Below, one piece after another: positions 50,984 to 64,000 of a stretch of 64,000 nucleotides of DNA (position 1 is the stretch's first letter; each line of letters starts with the position of its first letter). This DNA is from Phoronis australis. Taxonomy: Eukaryota > Animalia > Phoronida. Made by a program: the position numbers and the translations under genes. The stretch is from positions 46,289-110,288 of the forward strand of contig NMRA01000164.1 in the NCBI GenBank assembly GCA_002633005.1. The letters run 5' to 3'. Below the pieces are notes generated by a model. The model did no database searches. It had not been told where the DNA came from and worked only from the letters and a program-made list of their open reading frames with translations.

Positions 50984-51423
50984 TAGCCAGCCAGCTAGGT
51001 GCTACTGTGTGTTGAGCTCTGTTATTAAATTTCACGCACCCGGGTAGTTCTGCTCATCAGCGTCATCTCGTTGTGAAAGTTAGATTGTATTGTAGAGGTA
51101 ATGACCAACTGGCGGTGCATGCAAAATGTGGGAGTCAACTGACACTCACCTTGCCCATTGCAGCTGTTTTATTGAAAAATTATCGAATAAACGTCACTTT
51201 CTAGCATAATTCTCTGCCTTTTGTAACAAGAGAAGTCAATTGTCGTTTTGAAAACAGTACGCTCATGACACGCACACTGACGTGCCATTTCCTAAAATTT
51301 TGCGACATCTCTCAGAAGATGATGACAGCTTTGCAGCAGCAAGTTTTGTTTTGAAATTTGGTTTCTTGGTATTCAAATACTAAAAACTTGTAACAAATTA
51401 AAACCAGTTCCGATAATTTTGTT
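50984..51423 (-). mobile_element. Repeat family B, partial copy 6 in Deltex intron 1
   Basis: TAGCCAGCCAGCTAGGT...GGTAGTTCTGCTC...CACTCACCTTGCCC...AAACCAGTTCCGATAATTT. Confidence 0.75.
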
Positions 51424-52412
51424 GAGTTATGTATGCAGAATTTATATTCCTGTCTGTATAGTCCGACTTCCTTCACCTCTACCGAGATATATTCTGTGTA
51501 ATAGAGAAGGTTTCTACTGGCCATGGCACTGGTTGTTAGGCAAAGATGTGTATTTTGTTGATAAGTCAGAAAAAAGTTCAAAAGTATAAAACCTTGTTTC
51601 TGCCTGACACTTGTTGATTCTGAAAAAGCCTACCACCGGATGGGAAATTATAATTATTGCTTCTACTATGTGCCATAGGGCCCATTTTAGGACTATGGCC
51701 ATGTGGCTGTATATTTTATGTGGGCTGTTTGTGTTAATCAGTATTTCTTTTTCTACAAAGTGACTACACAGTACAGACTATGGGTCATGCCAGAACATGT
51801 CTCTTATGAGGTTGCCTGAAAATAGTACTTTTGCAGAGACTCATGGTCAGTGTAGTGAAACGTTGGAATAGTGCGTTCAATTGATCCGTCAAACAACAAA
51901 GAGACACCTGGCTATTGTTACTGAAAGCCATCAACATAATGAAAATGTAATTTAGAGGTTGCTGTAACAGGCTAGTTCTGAAATAACACAGCACAGCTCT
52001 CATTCAGAGATATTTACCTCCAATGCAAATGTGTCAAGAACCTGTCCTGCTTCTTCACTATGCAGATGTACTGGTCAGTGGTCACTATCTCATATCGTAA
52101 TATGTAATGCAGGCATTTTGAGTTCTAATAATGTCTACACGAAGCAAACAAAATGTCAGTTATCATAATTTTGCTAGATGCAATATGTGTTGTTGTTACA
52201 TTATTTATCAATTGAGCAGTGCCTGACATTTTGAAAAGTAGGCCAGTTGTGCAATGCATTTTTCTATCTCCGCAAAAGACGAGAGATTAAATGAGGACTG
52301 TGAGGCCCGTAAGACCAAGCATTGAATTATTTTATACAAACTTGCTGTCTCAATGTTGTTGTAGTGAAGATCATGTGATGAAGTTTATAATGTACTATTC
52401 GTCTCATGCCAG

Positions 52413-52788
52413 GTACAGTATACCCCATAAGACGGGAGGAGTACCCCAACACCAACTGTTTAGCCATTGGCGTTGTATGGCAGTGGGAAGGAGATCTTCC
52501 CAACAGCTGGTCGTGTTATGAACTACATACAATGGACCTCATCGAGGCGGCATACAACAGAAAACAATCGGAAATAAACTTGCAGCAATCACCCTGCCAA
52601 TTACCCTATACAATCAATTTCAAGGACATGTTACAGAAGAAAATTCCTACTGGCTTCTTGCGACGAGTGAAGAGGTTTCAGTTCCCTTATAAGTACCCTG
52701 AGATTCAACTCAGTAAATCAAGTTTTGCAAACAGTGCAAGGAGCCGCTCGAGCTCTGTGAAGACTGCTGCTGCTGGTGCAAGCTCTAG
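52413..52788 (+). CDS. DTX1: Deltex coding exon 2 (WWE 2)
   Basis: ccag|GT acceptor; GVVWQWEGD...WSCYE...IEAAY...YTINFKDMLQ...TGFLRRVKR; donor AG|gtatgt. Confidence 0.9.
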
Positions 52789-55434
52789 GTATGTGTGTTC
52801 TAGACTAACCATTTATGTGACTGTAAAGTAGCCATATTTTATTACATGACCACTGATACCTCTGTCCACTATTTGGCAACTGTCAGTTGTTCCAGATCTG
52901 ACCAATCGGATAGTGTAGAAACTATAGACCCTGACTACGGAGCGAGCAAATGATGCCAGCACATCAAAGCAAGTGAGAATGTGCTTATCTAATAACATTC
53001 GAAAATCAGGAAAAAAAGCATCAGTGGTCGTGTAACAAATGTATACCCGGTACGGGCTGATCCCCCAGGCACATCAGTGCAGGTTGACTGAGGGCAACAT
53101 TGGTCTCTCTCGGGCTCATATCTCCCTCAGGATAGGACCATATTTGTATAATGCTGTATACTAGCAGCTGAAAGTAGCTTATGCCTATGCCATGCACTGA
53201 GACGGTGTACCTATGGTACTGAATAGTGCCAGAAAGTCCAGACCCTATGAACTAATTCAGTCTGAGACTACGTCTGTGATCAAAGAACAATGACTGATTT
53301 CTAAAAAATGGTCAAAACGGTGTCTTGAAAAGCAGTTTATCGACGAAAATGCAGTGTTACATACTAAGTATACAGAAGATATATACCTTCCAACTTTCTA
53401 GTTTACGTTGTCAGCCTCGTCTCAGGGATTTGAATTTTCCTCTTTTAAGAGGATTTCCTCCTTTTTGATTTGCATTTTTCTCTGTTTTCATCTATTTTGT
53501 ATCATTATTTTGACTTTATTTATGCAAAAATTGTTTAGTTCACTTAAATTTTACCACACAAAAATATTTCTATCACACAAGCCTATTTATTTGTGGAACG
53601 ATATTTCACCTGGAAAATTTTCTTCTTTTTTTGTCAGTGGTGATTGCAAGCCCTGTGCCTTGACAATCACAATTTACTTTACCAGTTTCCTTTACTCAAA
53701 GTTGTGTGCACGCAGCTATTGTCTTGGTTTGAGCCGCCAGAGACAGCTGCATTATTAGTAAACATCAGCACTCGGTGTGCAAATTTTTCCAAAATTGTAG
53801 GTGGATAGGCCTGCTGACTGGTACACTTTTGGCGTAAAACAGTCAATTCAATTACGTAAAAACAGAATGATTATTGAACCATACTGGACTGTCTGAGCTA
53901 TGACAACCTTAAATCAATACTTGTTTTAGTATGTTCCATTAATAAAGGGACGAGGTCAATGAACAGCAGCCCCTGTCACACACTCTCTGGTAACTCAGCT
54001 AATTTGGTATTATAGATTGTCACATGAAGTTGTGTGCAGTCAGTGATTGTCGAAGTAGCTCAAGTTTCATTTTTGCACCATTTGTCCAAATTGACGAAAT
54101 AAAATCATGTTCGTACTACAAATGACCCTGGAATATATTGCTCCAATTCAGCCTAGTGTTCACGCTACACATCCTACACCATGTGACAAATATGGACGCA
54201 AAAGTGATTAAGACACTTCTGTGAGCAACTCCTAACTGAGCAAGTGCACAGGTGGTAATTACTTCCGCCATGTCTGCAGGTTTACGTCGACACTATGGGC
54301 TTGGGCAAGTTGTCGTAAAACAAGTTACCCTACCGGTGTTCTCCACATTATAAATTCCAAACTCGCATGGTCATGCTGGAGGTTTTTATATATGGTTTAA
54401 AACTGCACACTGCACTGGTGTGACCTACTTCTTAGACACTTCAAAGTTTAGGTTTCCTACCAATGCATTTCATAATTTCTCCAAAGCATTTGACAGACCC
54501 AGAGCAGCAAACAAAAGATCAAAAGTTCCTTTAATAATACCAATGCCGATTTTAATATCAATTAGACATATTACGTACTACTAACACTAGTTTTTAGTGA
54601 CACCTGTTGTCAAGTTTAATAAGCTCATAAAGTTCTAACTTGCCACTAGATGTCAGTCAAAATCAAAATTGTCTTTATAAAGCAAATTAAATTGCTTTTT
54701 TATAGGTTGACTTGCAAAATTTTAAAGTTAGAATGACAAAGTAGATTAGTAAGTTAATTAAGCAAGCTAGGTGATTCCATTAAATGGTTCTTATTTAAAG
54801 TTTTTTGCAGATTTTGTTAATTATAATTTAAACTTTTGTAGTGTCTTACGAAGTTATACATATAGTGTTGACTGCCTCCAGAGTTCTGTATTGGGCTTGA
54901 TGTTGGTTAATCAGGCACTGCTTTAGGGTTGAGGGCTGAAATACCAAGCCAGGACAAAAGTTCAAACCTGACGCAGCACTTTCTAAACTCCACGCGCATT
55001 TTCCAAACTCGTTACAGCATCGACTTAAAACAGGCCGTAGAGAACACTGACTACCTGAATAAGGTGGGGTAAGTTGTCACATGTGTCAAGTTGCCCAGTG
55101 CAAGTAGTGTCCACACTACCACTAAACCTAGTGACACTTAACTTACTTAGAACAAGCTGATTATTTTCAAACATCCACATGCAAAAGGTAAATATTGACG
55201 TTTATTGCATATTTACATTTTTCGGTGCTAAAATGGGAAACAAAACAATGGTATGCTGTATAAAAAATAATTCCGAGCATTAAACTATTGTGTGAGTAGC
55301 ATTCAAAACATGTGTAAGTGCAAAGCATGGTTAAGAATGGACATTAGAAACAACCATGAGGTCGTTCAGAAAATTCAGTTCCTCCTTCATGCATAAGGTG
55401 TTTTCGTTGTTACTAGTTACGTATTTCTTTCCAG

Positions 55435-55541
55435 CCAAGCTGCAGCATCTTCAGCCAATCAACTGCCACAAAGGGCTGCTGGTGACACTAAATTTCCACT
55501 AAGAGGTGCCACAAATGGTGGTCTGGGTCACATCAACATAG
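55435..55541 (+). CDS. DTX1: Deltex probable coding exon 3 (linker), GC donor
   Basis: Strong acceptor ttctttccag. The 107-bp exon supplies the phase 2 to phase 1 bridge needed between exons 2 and 4. Donor AG|gcaagt. Confidence 0.6.
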
Positions 55542-56280
55542 GCAAGTTAGCTAGCTGTCATGTCCAGACTTTCTGGAACTTTGTAATTTTAAACTTTGAT
55601 GATTGACCATAGGTAAGAAATGATATTTACATGTGGTGTCATCAACAGTGATGTCGGTCTTCTTTTAAGAAAATTAACTAGGTTATGTGGGACCTTATTG
55701 ACAAGCCGGCATATTTAGCCAAATATCTACAAAACAAAAATATGTCAACTCAATGAAATTTATGTATTTTCTGAAAGTAGGTCTGTAGAATCTTATTTTT
55801 TTACTTTAACTAGTATGCCATTCATTTGATCACATGATCATGCCTTTTTGTTAAAATTTAGCGAAAAAGAAAAGTACTTTGATGTGGAAACAATGATATC
55901 TATTATATTGTCATTTTTTATATAAATCATCACGATGAGATCTCAAAAATGCTGTTACTCTTTTCTATTTAATTTGTTTTAGGCAACTTAAGAGTTTTTC
56001 CATGCAAGTCCTATTTTTGACAGCCCCTGATGTAAAGTGGAACATTTTACAAACAATTCCTATCAGCATTTTGGAGAACAGTGTACCAGAGCATAGTATA
56101 TGAAAGTTTCATATAAATCTGATCATCCATTTCTGAGATATGACGTTCTTAAGTTACTGAAATTTGGATATTTTTAGCCAGGGTGTTACATAACCTGGAA
56201 GCCATTACAAACCACTGCATCATACTCATTTGGTGTGGGTAATGAATAAGGTAAGGTGAATTGTGGAGCAAGAGACCTTA

Positions 56281-56375
56281 GTACTCAAGGGTGCAGCTGT
56301 GTGGTCTGATGGGATTTGAAAACATGGTCATTAGATTGGGAAATTTCAGCTCTACCACAGGGCCACGCTGCCTCC
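56281..56375 (-). repeat. Decayed tRNA-derived SINE head
   Basis: GGAGGCAGCGTGGCCCTGTGGTAGAGC...TTCAAATCCC...GCACCCTTGAG. Confidence 0.45.
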
Positions 56376-56489
56376 AATTGGTAAATTAGTTGTATTATGA
56401 CAGCACATTTAAGATCTCTCTTAATTAAACTGCATTTTATATGAAGTGTAACTGTATAAAGATTGTTGTAATTTGTCATATTTTTTTAG

Positions 56490-56689
56490 AAAAACAAGAA
56501 GTTTGGATGAAGTTTGTTACAGTAGTCACTCAGCCACCAGATGAGGATTGTTGCATTTGTTGTGAAAACTTAACTTCTGAATCGGGTTATGGAGAAACAC
56601 ATGGTCAGGGACTTATCTTCAAACTGACAAAGTGTTCTCATGTGTTCCATGACTCCTGTCTCCATGCTATGTATGAGAATGGACCAAAG
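56490..56689 (+). CDS. DTX1: Deltex coding exon 4 (RING-H2, N-terminal part)
   Basis: tttttttag|AA acceptor; PDEDCCICCENL...LTKCSHVFHDSCLHAMY; donor AAG|gtagtg. Confidence 0.92.
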
Positions 56690-57481
56690 GTAGTGTTGAT
56701 GTTCTGTTAAAAGCAGTTATGTTTTTAGTATGGTGTTAGTTTGTATTCAGGCTTTTGCAGTTTAGGCAACTTACATTTTTTTTTCAAAAGTGACTGCAGT
56801 AGGTGAATATGTTTTTTGATCTGTGAAATAACTTGCCAGAACTTAAATTGTGGAAGTGAAATGTCAATAAATTTGTGAGTTAAAAAAGTCTTGTGTTGAT
56901 ATTGAAGTGCTGAACAATTACTTTTAATATGGTTGATGTTCAACATCTTATGATTTTCACATAAAACATGAATCTAAATTTTTAGCAAACGAATTTGTGT
57001 ATGAGAACAGAGCGCTGAACAGTTTTTGCTATGTTGGTTTGACTAGAACTAGTACATTTGTACCAAGACTGGATATGTTGATTTTTACAGTGTTGTTGTT
57101 TTAATACAGTTGATGTATGCTGACCGTTTGATATTCTCCCATTGTGTATTAAAAAATCTCCCTATTAAGCCAATAAAAGAGCCTAGTTTGTTCTGGTCTA
57201 CATCTTTCTTACTTTGAAACCTGCGCCTCCTAGCTGATGGTGCAGGGGGTGAAGTAGGATTCCCAACCATTTCAGCTGACCTAAAGTGACCTTTTTTTTA
57301 AAAGATGAACAACTAAAAAGATTATGCATCTAGCGCATCAAAATTCAAAAAATCAGAGACCAGAACCAGTCGTGCTATTTTCTGTTAGCTTATTCTTTGT
57401 GAAGCTTCCAACAAGATTACTGCCAGTAGCTGTTTAAGCTTCCTTCTTTTAGGCCTCTAAACTGAAATTTTTATATTTCAG

Positions 57482-57643
57482 AATGGTCATCTTCAGTGTC
57501 CGACATGTAAAACCATATATGGTGAAAAGCTTGGCAATTGCCCCCCAGGCACCATGACTCACACAGTCATGTCGCAGTCGTTACCTGGTTACAGTAATTG
57601 TGGTACAATTGCCATCACCTACAACATATCATCTGGTACTCAG
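57482..57643 (+). CDS. DTX1: Deltex coding exon 5 (RING end and DTC start)
   Basis: tttcag| NGHLQCPTCKTIYGEKLGNCPPGTM...SLPGYSNCGTIAITYNISSGTQ |gtatga; 162 bp. Confidence 0.92.
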
Positions 57644-57699
57644 GTATGAAATATAATGTCTTCCTTTTGAGGCATTTCCGCTAGTTATTTGGACACTTT

Positions 57700-57925
57700 C
57701 AAAAATGAACGCTGTTAATGACTAGTGTATGGTTATGAAAATGGCAGTGGAAATCGCGAACAGGGAGAGTAGAGTCAGCAGCTTGGAAACATTCTTTGTG
57801 GGGGAGCTGGGAAAAGAATGTGCGTGACATCAATGGTTCATCAGCTGAGTGTGCTGCTATGGTGTGGCGTGTCGTTCTCGTTTGTGCAAACCATGAAGCT
57901 GCGAGGAAAGAGGGTGTATCGTTTT
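57700..57925 (-). mobile_element. Possible 3' fragment of a CR1/L2-group LINE
   Basis: The translation TRTTRHT...H...RTFF resembles decayed LINE ORF2 C-termini. Weak. Confidence 0.3.
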
Positions 57926-59619
57926 TTTTTTGATTTCCTCGAGAGCCCAAAATGCTTTAGAAGTGGTTCCCTGCTGTAAAGAATGAAAAGTATGCTGTTA
58001 ATACCAAGTATAAGGCCGTGAAATATCTCTCTGTCGGTGGCTAGCATTATTCTGTTTCGAAAATGAATTATTCTCACCCTAACCAATGTTTAAATGAAAC
58101 TGAAACAAAGTGTCAAAGTCTGTCTAAGTAGATACAATTTGTAATGCCTTAGGTGTTCGTGAATGAAATGTTTTGAGAAATCAACAATGGGTAAATCGTA
58201 CTGCGTTACCGACTTCAGATGCATTAAAGTTGTTGTGTGGTCAGACTTTGAGATTTTCACTCGTTCCAGTTTAATCAGCTTTTTCTTGACTTCGGCAAAT
58301 CTACTTTATTTGAAATTAGGAACACCAGTTCTCGAAAACGGCGTGGTGAATTTTGCTGAAACTTTGCAAACTTAATGTTTATTCATCAATCTCAAAAATG
58401 CTGTCAAGATGTTTTATAAAGCCCTAGTTTTTGAATAATGTAACGAAAACGAATACGACTACTCATTTCTTCAAAAATATGTTACGTTTTTCGAGTTAAT
58501 TTGTCATAGAAACCAAATGAAAAGACTAATCGAAAATTCCTAACATCGTTTTTGAGGTAAATAGTGAAGTTTTCATTTAAAAAAGGTTTCATTAAAATCG
58601 ACCGAGGGATTAATTTGCTATGAATGTACCTTTCGTAAAAAGAAAATTTTGACTTAAAAAAAGGTTTTAACGTAATAATAATGGTGCATAAATACAAAAC
58701 ATTTTTATTTTCCATGACCTTTTTTCTTTCAGAAAATATATACTGGTACTTTTCCTAGTTGACAAGTCTTAGTTTTTTGATATACGAGTTAGAATGGAGG
58801 CCACTAAATAAGGTTTGAGATAACCTTAAAAACTCAATTTATTTGTAAGGATTTTACATTGAATTTTGATGATTTATTAGTGTAAATTGATGAATTCAAG
58901 TGATAAGGTGACACCAGTAAGCGTCTTGTGAACTGCTGAGCAGACAGTGTTAGATCCTATGATATCATTGGTTAATTTCAACTCTTCCGTCTGCCATCTG
59001 GTGTCAGGTAAAAGAACTGAAATTGCTGTTATTGTATAAACTACTTGATCTAAATTGATGCAAAAAACGTTGTTTTTGGTGTCATTCTCTTTTAAATTAT
59101 ATTAACTCCCAGCTTATTTGAATTGTCATTGTCATAGTCTTAGATATGTGTAATGCCTGATTGAAAACCTAGCAAAAACTGGACATCAGTTTAGAGTTTA
59201 ACAGATTGGGCCTGTTCTTTTATCATTCGATTTATTTCTTTTTGCAGAGAATTTAAGCTGTTGAACTAAGACAAGACCTTTACATTTATACAACTTCAAA
59301 TGCAGAAAAAATGTATGCGCATGTGTCTAATATGCGCCTGTGTTTGAAATGATGTGTTTTTCCGAGAGGTTTTTTGTTCAAGTGTTTCACCCTAAGCTCC
59401 CTCTATGGATGGATACATCAGTTACAAAGCAGAGTCAATGTGTTCGTATCCTTAGTGTAAAAAAAATCGGTTGCTATAAATCGCCAGGCATTTCTCTGAC
59501 AGCCATACTGCCTTGGGAACTTAAACTAACCCACGGTGACAAGCAAGTTTATGTACCTGGTCTGAAACACTAACGATCTGAAACCATTTCTAATCTGAGT
59601 ATGAAACAAATTGAGATTT

Positions 59620-59901
59620 CATGGGCGCACACAGGGGGTCTCGGGGGGGCTCGAATGAGGACCCAAATTTGGCGAATTGGGCAAAAAAGGTCCGCATTAA
59701 CAAAACACAAAGTCCAAGCAAACGAGATAAAAGTCCACAAAGGGCACAGGAATTCAGCGCGGATGCACAATTCGTAGGCCTGAACCTGGTGGGGCCCCAT
59801 TTTTTTTTTAGCCCACGTTGATTTTTAAAAATTTTTTCAGTAAAAGTTCCGCATACCGAAAAATTCGAGCCCCCCTATATTTTAGGCTGGGTGCATGGAT
59901 G
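59620..59901 (+). mobile_element. MITE family C copy in Deltex intron 5
   Basis: CATGGGCGCACACAG...AAAAGGTCCGC...AATTCGAGCCCCC...TTTTAGGCTGGGTGC, collinear with 26276-26537. Confidence 0.8.
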
Positions 59902-60237
59902 TTATAACCGTATATGGTCTGCCCCTTTAAATAGTTCACTCTCTCATGCCTCGTGTTATGCTAAAAACTTGCTTGCTGCTTGTTTTAGCACAAGTGTTTT
60001 GCATATATGCATTCTTGCCTAAGTTGAGATATGGCCACGGCTTCATGTACATACCTGTGAGCCAGAATACGCTGGTATACAAGTGACAAAGATTACAATG
60101 CAATGATAAACTTCTGTCATTATGTATTGACAAGCTTCCTTGTTGTTCCTGACTTCAGTCATAAAATTTAAGCCTATATGCAGTTGACCTTTAACTTGGA
60201 TTGACCTCAACATACCTGTTGTTGACCTTGTTCACAG

Positions 60238-60327
60238 GGTCCAGAGCACCCTCATCCTGGAAGAAGGTATTACACAAGTGGATTTCCCAGGACAGGTTAC
60301 CTCCCAGACAATGACAAAGGCCGTAAG
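60238..60327 (+). CDS. DTX1: Deltex coding exon 6 (DTC domain)
   Basis: ttcacag| [30 protein letters not shown] |gtacag; 90 bp. Confidence 0.93.
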
Positions 60328-62587
60328 GTACAGGGTAGCAAGCTATAGTTTATTGTTTATAAAGTGATAACATTATGGGTTTTTTTATACATTCAGTTTC
60401 TTTTCTGTTACGGCTTTTTTGAAAAATCACCATGTAGTTGCCATGTCTTGAACTTGGGACCTCTAACTTCAAAGCAAGGACTCATCTGGCGGCCATTTAA
60501 AAAAATGACGACTTGAACAGCACTTACTGTTTCAAGACAACCTCGACGAAAATGACTGCTAAACGATGAATTTTAAAATTTAGGATTAATAAATTTTATT
60601 GAAACTTACAATCCATTGTATTAGTTTAATGAATATTCAGAAGTAACTTGATATTAGAGCCCATTTCTGTCCATTTTTACTATAAATGCCAAAATGACAA
60701 TTGGCAAATACTGGCAGCTATGTTTTTGGGGGAATACCTTCCTGTTCTGTGACATCAGGGTGACCTTATATGGAATCCTTCCCATGACGAGTGTCAAGAA
60801 ATATTGCATCCAGCACTAACTACTCATACATAGACACTTAATCTTTGAAATTGAAGTACATAGACCCGAAGTTCAAAGGATTTGCCATACTCTTAACGCT
60901 AGTTGCCGACTCTCAAAGTGTATTCAACAGCCAATTTGAAATAGGAGAACATTCACGTTGAAAAATAATACCTGCCAAAATTCTAGGACTGACCTGCCGT
61001 ACAAATGCCATCAATGTCATTGAACTTGCAAACCAGATATAACTTAGCTCAAACTTCCTCAATTTGTTCGCACTGTTCCGTTGCAACTCGAACGAATGAA
61101 TGAAAAAATTATCAAAAAATCCACGCAAGCTGAACGACGTTGCGAGAATGCAGTAAAAACTTCACATGAAAAAATTAAATGTTTTGTCTAATGTTGGTTA
61201 TGTATTCAATGGCTAATTTAGCATGAAAGTAAAAGCCTCAAAAGACTTCAACTTTTTGCGGAATTCCATGATTTTGGGCGATTTGTGTTTCCTGTGTGTG
61301 CATGGCACTTTGTGCTGTATATGGAAAAAGTAGGTCAGCTAGTTACATGTTCAGTACCTGTTACTTCCGCTGTGAACCAGACCAGGATTAGTATGAAAGA
61401 CTATGATTGGTTTTGGACCTGGTGAGTGTCAACAAAGTGTCCATTTATAATCCACTGCTGAAGACCCACGATGTCCCCATCACCAGTGGTGACGCCTGTA
61501 GCCAAACTCCAGGTGACTCCAGATTTGTGAGTAAAGCACTTGGAAATACAATTGGAAAACATAAAAATATGAGCACCAAATTCAAACACGGAGTTCCGAC
61601 GTTTTTTTGTCATCTTATACGAAGCCAAGTTCGGGTACACTAGCATGAGTGCAAATTTGTCGTCACTCTTATTTTTGAGCAGAGATGTTTGCCTGTATCG
61701 AGCGCTGGTGGGCCTGAATTGTGAATTTGTTGAGGATATGTGTTCTCTTGTTGACTTTAGACTTGCAGTACTGTGTGGTGTAACGAAATGTATTCAAGGA
61801 TATATTTCTTCATGTCCTTTCAAATGCAACTGCATTAAAGATTAAAAGCAATACACTTTTCTTTTGAGAGTTTCTATATACATCGAGTTCTGAAGTCGTG
61901 CAGTAAATTATCTGTCTAACATGTACCTCTACACAGGTTATCTTACACAAAAGATTTACAGATCATGATTTTTCTAGTCTGGTGACAATGCACACGTCCT
62001 AAATGGAACAAACCTTTTAATGTTTGTTAAGTTTCCTTCTTTGCCGTCCTTTAAACAATAAAAACATGCAAACAGTGTGCTAAAACATAAGGAAAATAAC
62101 CTTTTTTATATAAATTACAATTTTTCCCTCAGCGGGAGGGGGATTCCCCCCTTCACGATCTCCCCTTTGGCGCTGCGTGCCTCAGAATCACGCTTTGCGT
62201 GACTCGTCATTCTCACGAATTTGGACTCCCACTTTTCAAATCCTAGATGAGTCCCTGCTTCAAAGCCTAGCATCTTAAGACCAATTTCCCGTAGGTGGGT
62301 GATTAATAGAGGCCTTTATATTACTTCACTCACTGCAGATTGATTCACCACACTCTTCCTCATCCAGTGAACGAGGGGTCAAGCCGCATCAGGTCAGCCC
62401 TCTCTTGATCCGCTTAGGAATTGAGTGTTTATGTGCGATTGAATTTAAGCAGTCTAATTATACGAGAAAGAGTTGTGATTTCCTTTTAGATTTCATTATG
62501 TGGTAAAGAACTTTCTAGACCAATTTTGTAGGTTTTAAATTTTTTATTACTTGAAGGAAATGCAGGTATGTATTCACATACGCATAG

Positions 62588-62744
62588 ATTATTACAATGC
62601 GAAGTCATTATCCCCCTGTAATCTAGAGCCTGAGTGGATTTTGGAGAATTATCGCCCAAGGAGCGTTAGCCCCGAGGGCGATAATTATCCAAAATCCACT
62701 CGGGCTCTAGATAAGGAGGATAACGACTGAGAATATGTAATAAT
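62588..62744. repeat. Palindromic (foldback) MITE in Deltex intron 6
   Basis: TCTAGAGCCTGAGTGGATTTTGGAGAATTATCGCCC pairs with GGGCGATAATTATCCAAAATCCACTCGGGCTCTAGA; outer pair ATTATTACA / TGTAATAAT. Confidence 0.8.
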
Positions 62745-63186
62745 TACATGATTATACTATAGAATCAGAGGATTTTATTGACCGCATATGAAGTTAGATT
62801 TTCCTAGTGCTCATTCTTAAAATCTGCCAAATTGCCGTTTGTGTCTTAAATAACCTTGATTGTCGAGCCAACTAACTGAACTCAATCTCAAGTAATAACA
62901 AATCCACCAGTTCTTCCCAAACCCTGGAGATTCGTTTCATGAAAAGTGACTAAAAGCTTATATCAGAAATTCAGTCTTTCACTCCACACAAAATATTTTT
63001 TAGTTGTGTAGAGTGAAAGACTCAAAAGTCATTGTCCACGAAACCGACTCCAGAAATTTTTTCTCTTCTTAGTAATCACTTCTTATCTTAGTAATCATAT
63101 GGTTATTGGTCAGAACCTAAAGTTGCTTTTGATGGGAAGTGAGCTTGTAGTACAGGTTAAATAGGAACAACTTGATGCTCTTTTAG

Positions 63187-63411
63187 GTGCTGAAGCTTCT
63201 CAAGATAGCCTGGGACAGAAAGCTGACATTCACAATCAGTCAATCGGTCACCACCGGGCAGAGTGACACGGTGACGTGGAATGAAATACATCATAAGACC
63301 GAGTTTGGCTCTAATGCATCTGGCCATGGCTATCCCGATCCAAACTATCTGGACAATGTGTTGATGGAACTCTCTGTTCAAGGAGTTACGGAAGATCTGT
63401 TAAAGTCCTAA
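63187..63411 (+). CDS. DTX1: Deltex last coding exon (DTC domain end)
   Basis: ttttag| [17 protein letters not shown]...[41 protein letters not shown]...*. Confidence 0.94.
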   Translation: MLKLLKIAWDRKLTFTISQSVTTGQSDTVTWNEIHHKTEFGSNASGHGYPDPNYLDNVLMELSVQGVTEDLLKS

Positions 63412-64000
63412 TTCTGTTCAAGGATGATGATTAGGTTTATAATTGGGCTGATGAATAGGGGACATTTGCAATTGTGATAATACTTATGCTACATCTAGCT
63501 TGAAGGACAGCTTTAAAAGGTTACAGTAAACTTTCTTTGTTTTTGACATTCCTAAAATTTGGAACACTGAAATTCTAGCCAAAATTAAATTTTTTAGCTC
63601 TGAAAATTGGGACATGGTAATATCAGCATTCATCATGGTTCTCAAGTATTGCATTTTGTATCAAGAAAGTCTGAGATGAAATTGTCGAAAAAAGCTCACT
63701 GGTAATGCAAAATTCATCTTGTGATTTTTTATGCGCCCACATGTTTATATGTGGACGCATTATGCCGTCATCTCCGTCCATCCAGCGTTCGTCCGTCCGG
63801 CGTCCGCTGCTTTTATCTCCAAAACGCCTTAGCGTATGTTCATGAAATTTTGCACATGTGTTCCTGCCGTGAATGGGACTGCATGAGCGAACTTTCGGAC
63901 AGATCCGACTTCCAGTATGCCCTCTAGTGGTAATTTTAGTTTTTTACGTTTACCTCTGTATCGGATTTTCATAAAATTTGGTATATAGGCACCTATTAGG

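Noticed and set aside
61401-61845. GDGD motif reminiscent of Mutator-like transposases
   Set aside because: Four-residue match only; the surrounding residues do not support it.
1-64000. CRISPR array, operons or other prokaryotic systems
   Set aside because: The sequence is clearly eukaryotic and no regularly spaced repeat-spacer array was seen.

Overview
Repeat-rich invertebrate-animal genomic DNA with spliceosomal GT-AG introns and one 803-N assembly gap; species not determinable. Three protein-coding genes can be modelled by hand. (1) Minus strand: a complete outer-arm axonemal dynein heavy chain of the DNAH5/DNAH8 class (about 4568 aa) in only three coding exons, one of them 12,969 bp. 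(2) Minus strand: a 3-coding-exon CCDC92-like coiled-coil gene (about 291 aa). (3) Plus strand: a 7-exon Deltex E3 ligase (tandem WWE, RING-H2, DTC; about 453 aa), head-to-head with the CCDC92-like gene and probably using a GC-AG intron. The rest is a mosaic of nested non-autonomous DNA elements, several with readable TIRs and target-site duplications, plus THAP and zinc-finger transposase relics and tRNA-derived repeats. The most unusual items are the nearly intron-free dynein gene and a 330-bp inverted-repeat element that joins a tRNA-like Pol III head to a decayed Penelope-type minimal hammerhead ribozyme. All models were read by eye, with no database searches.
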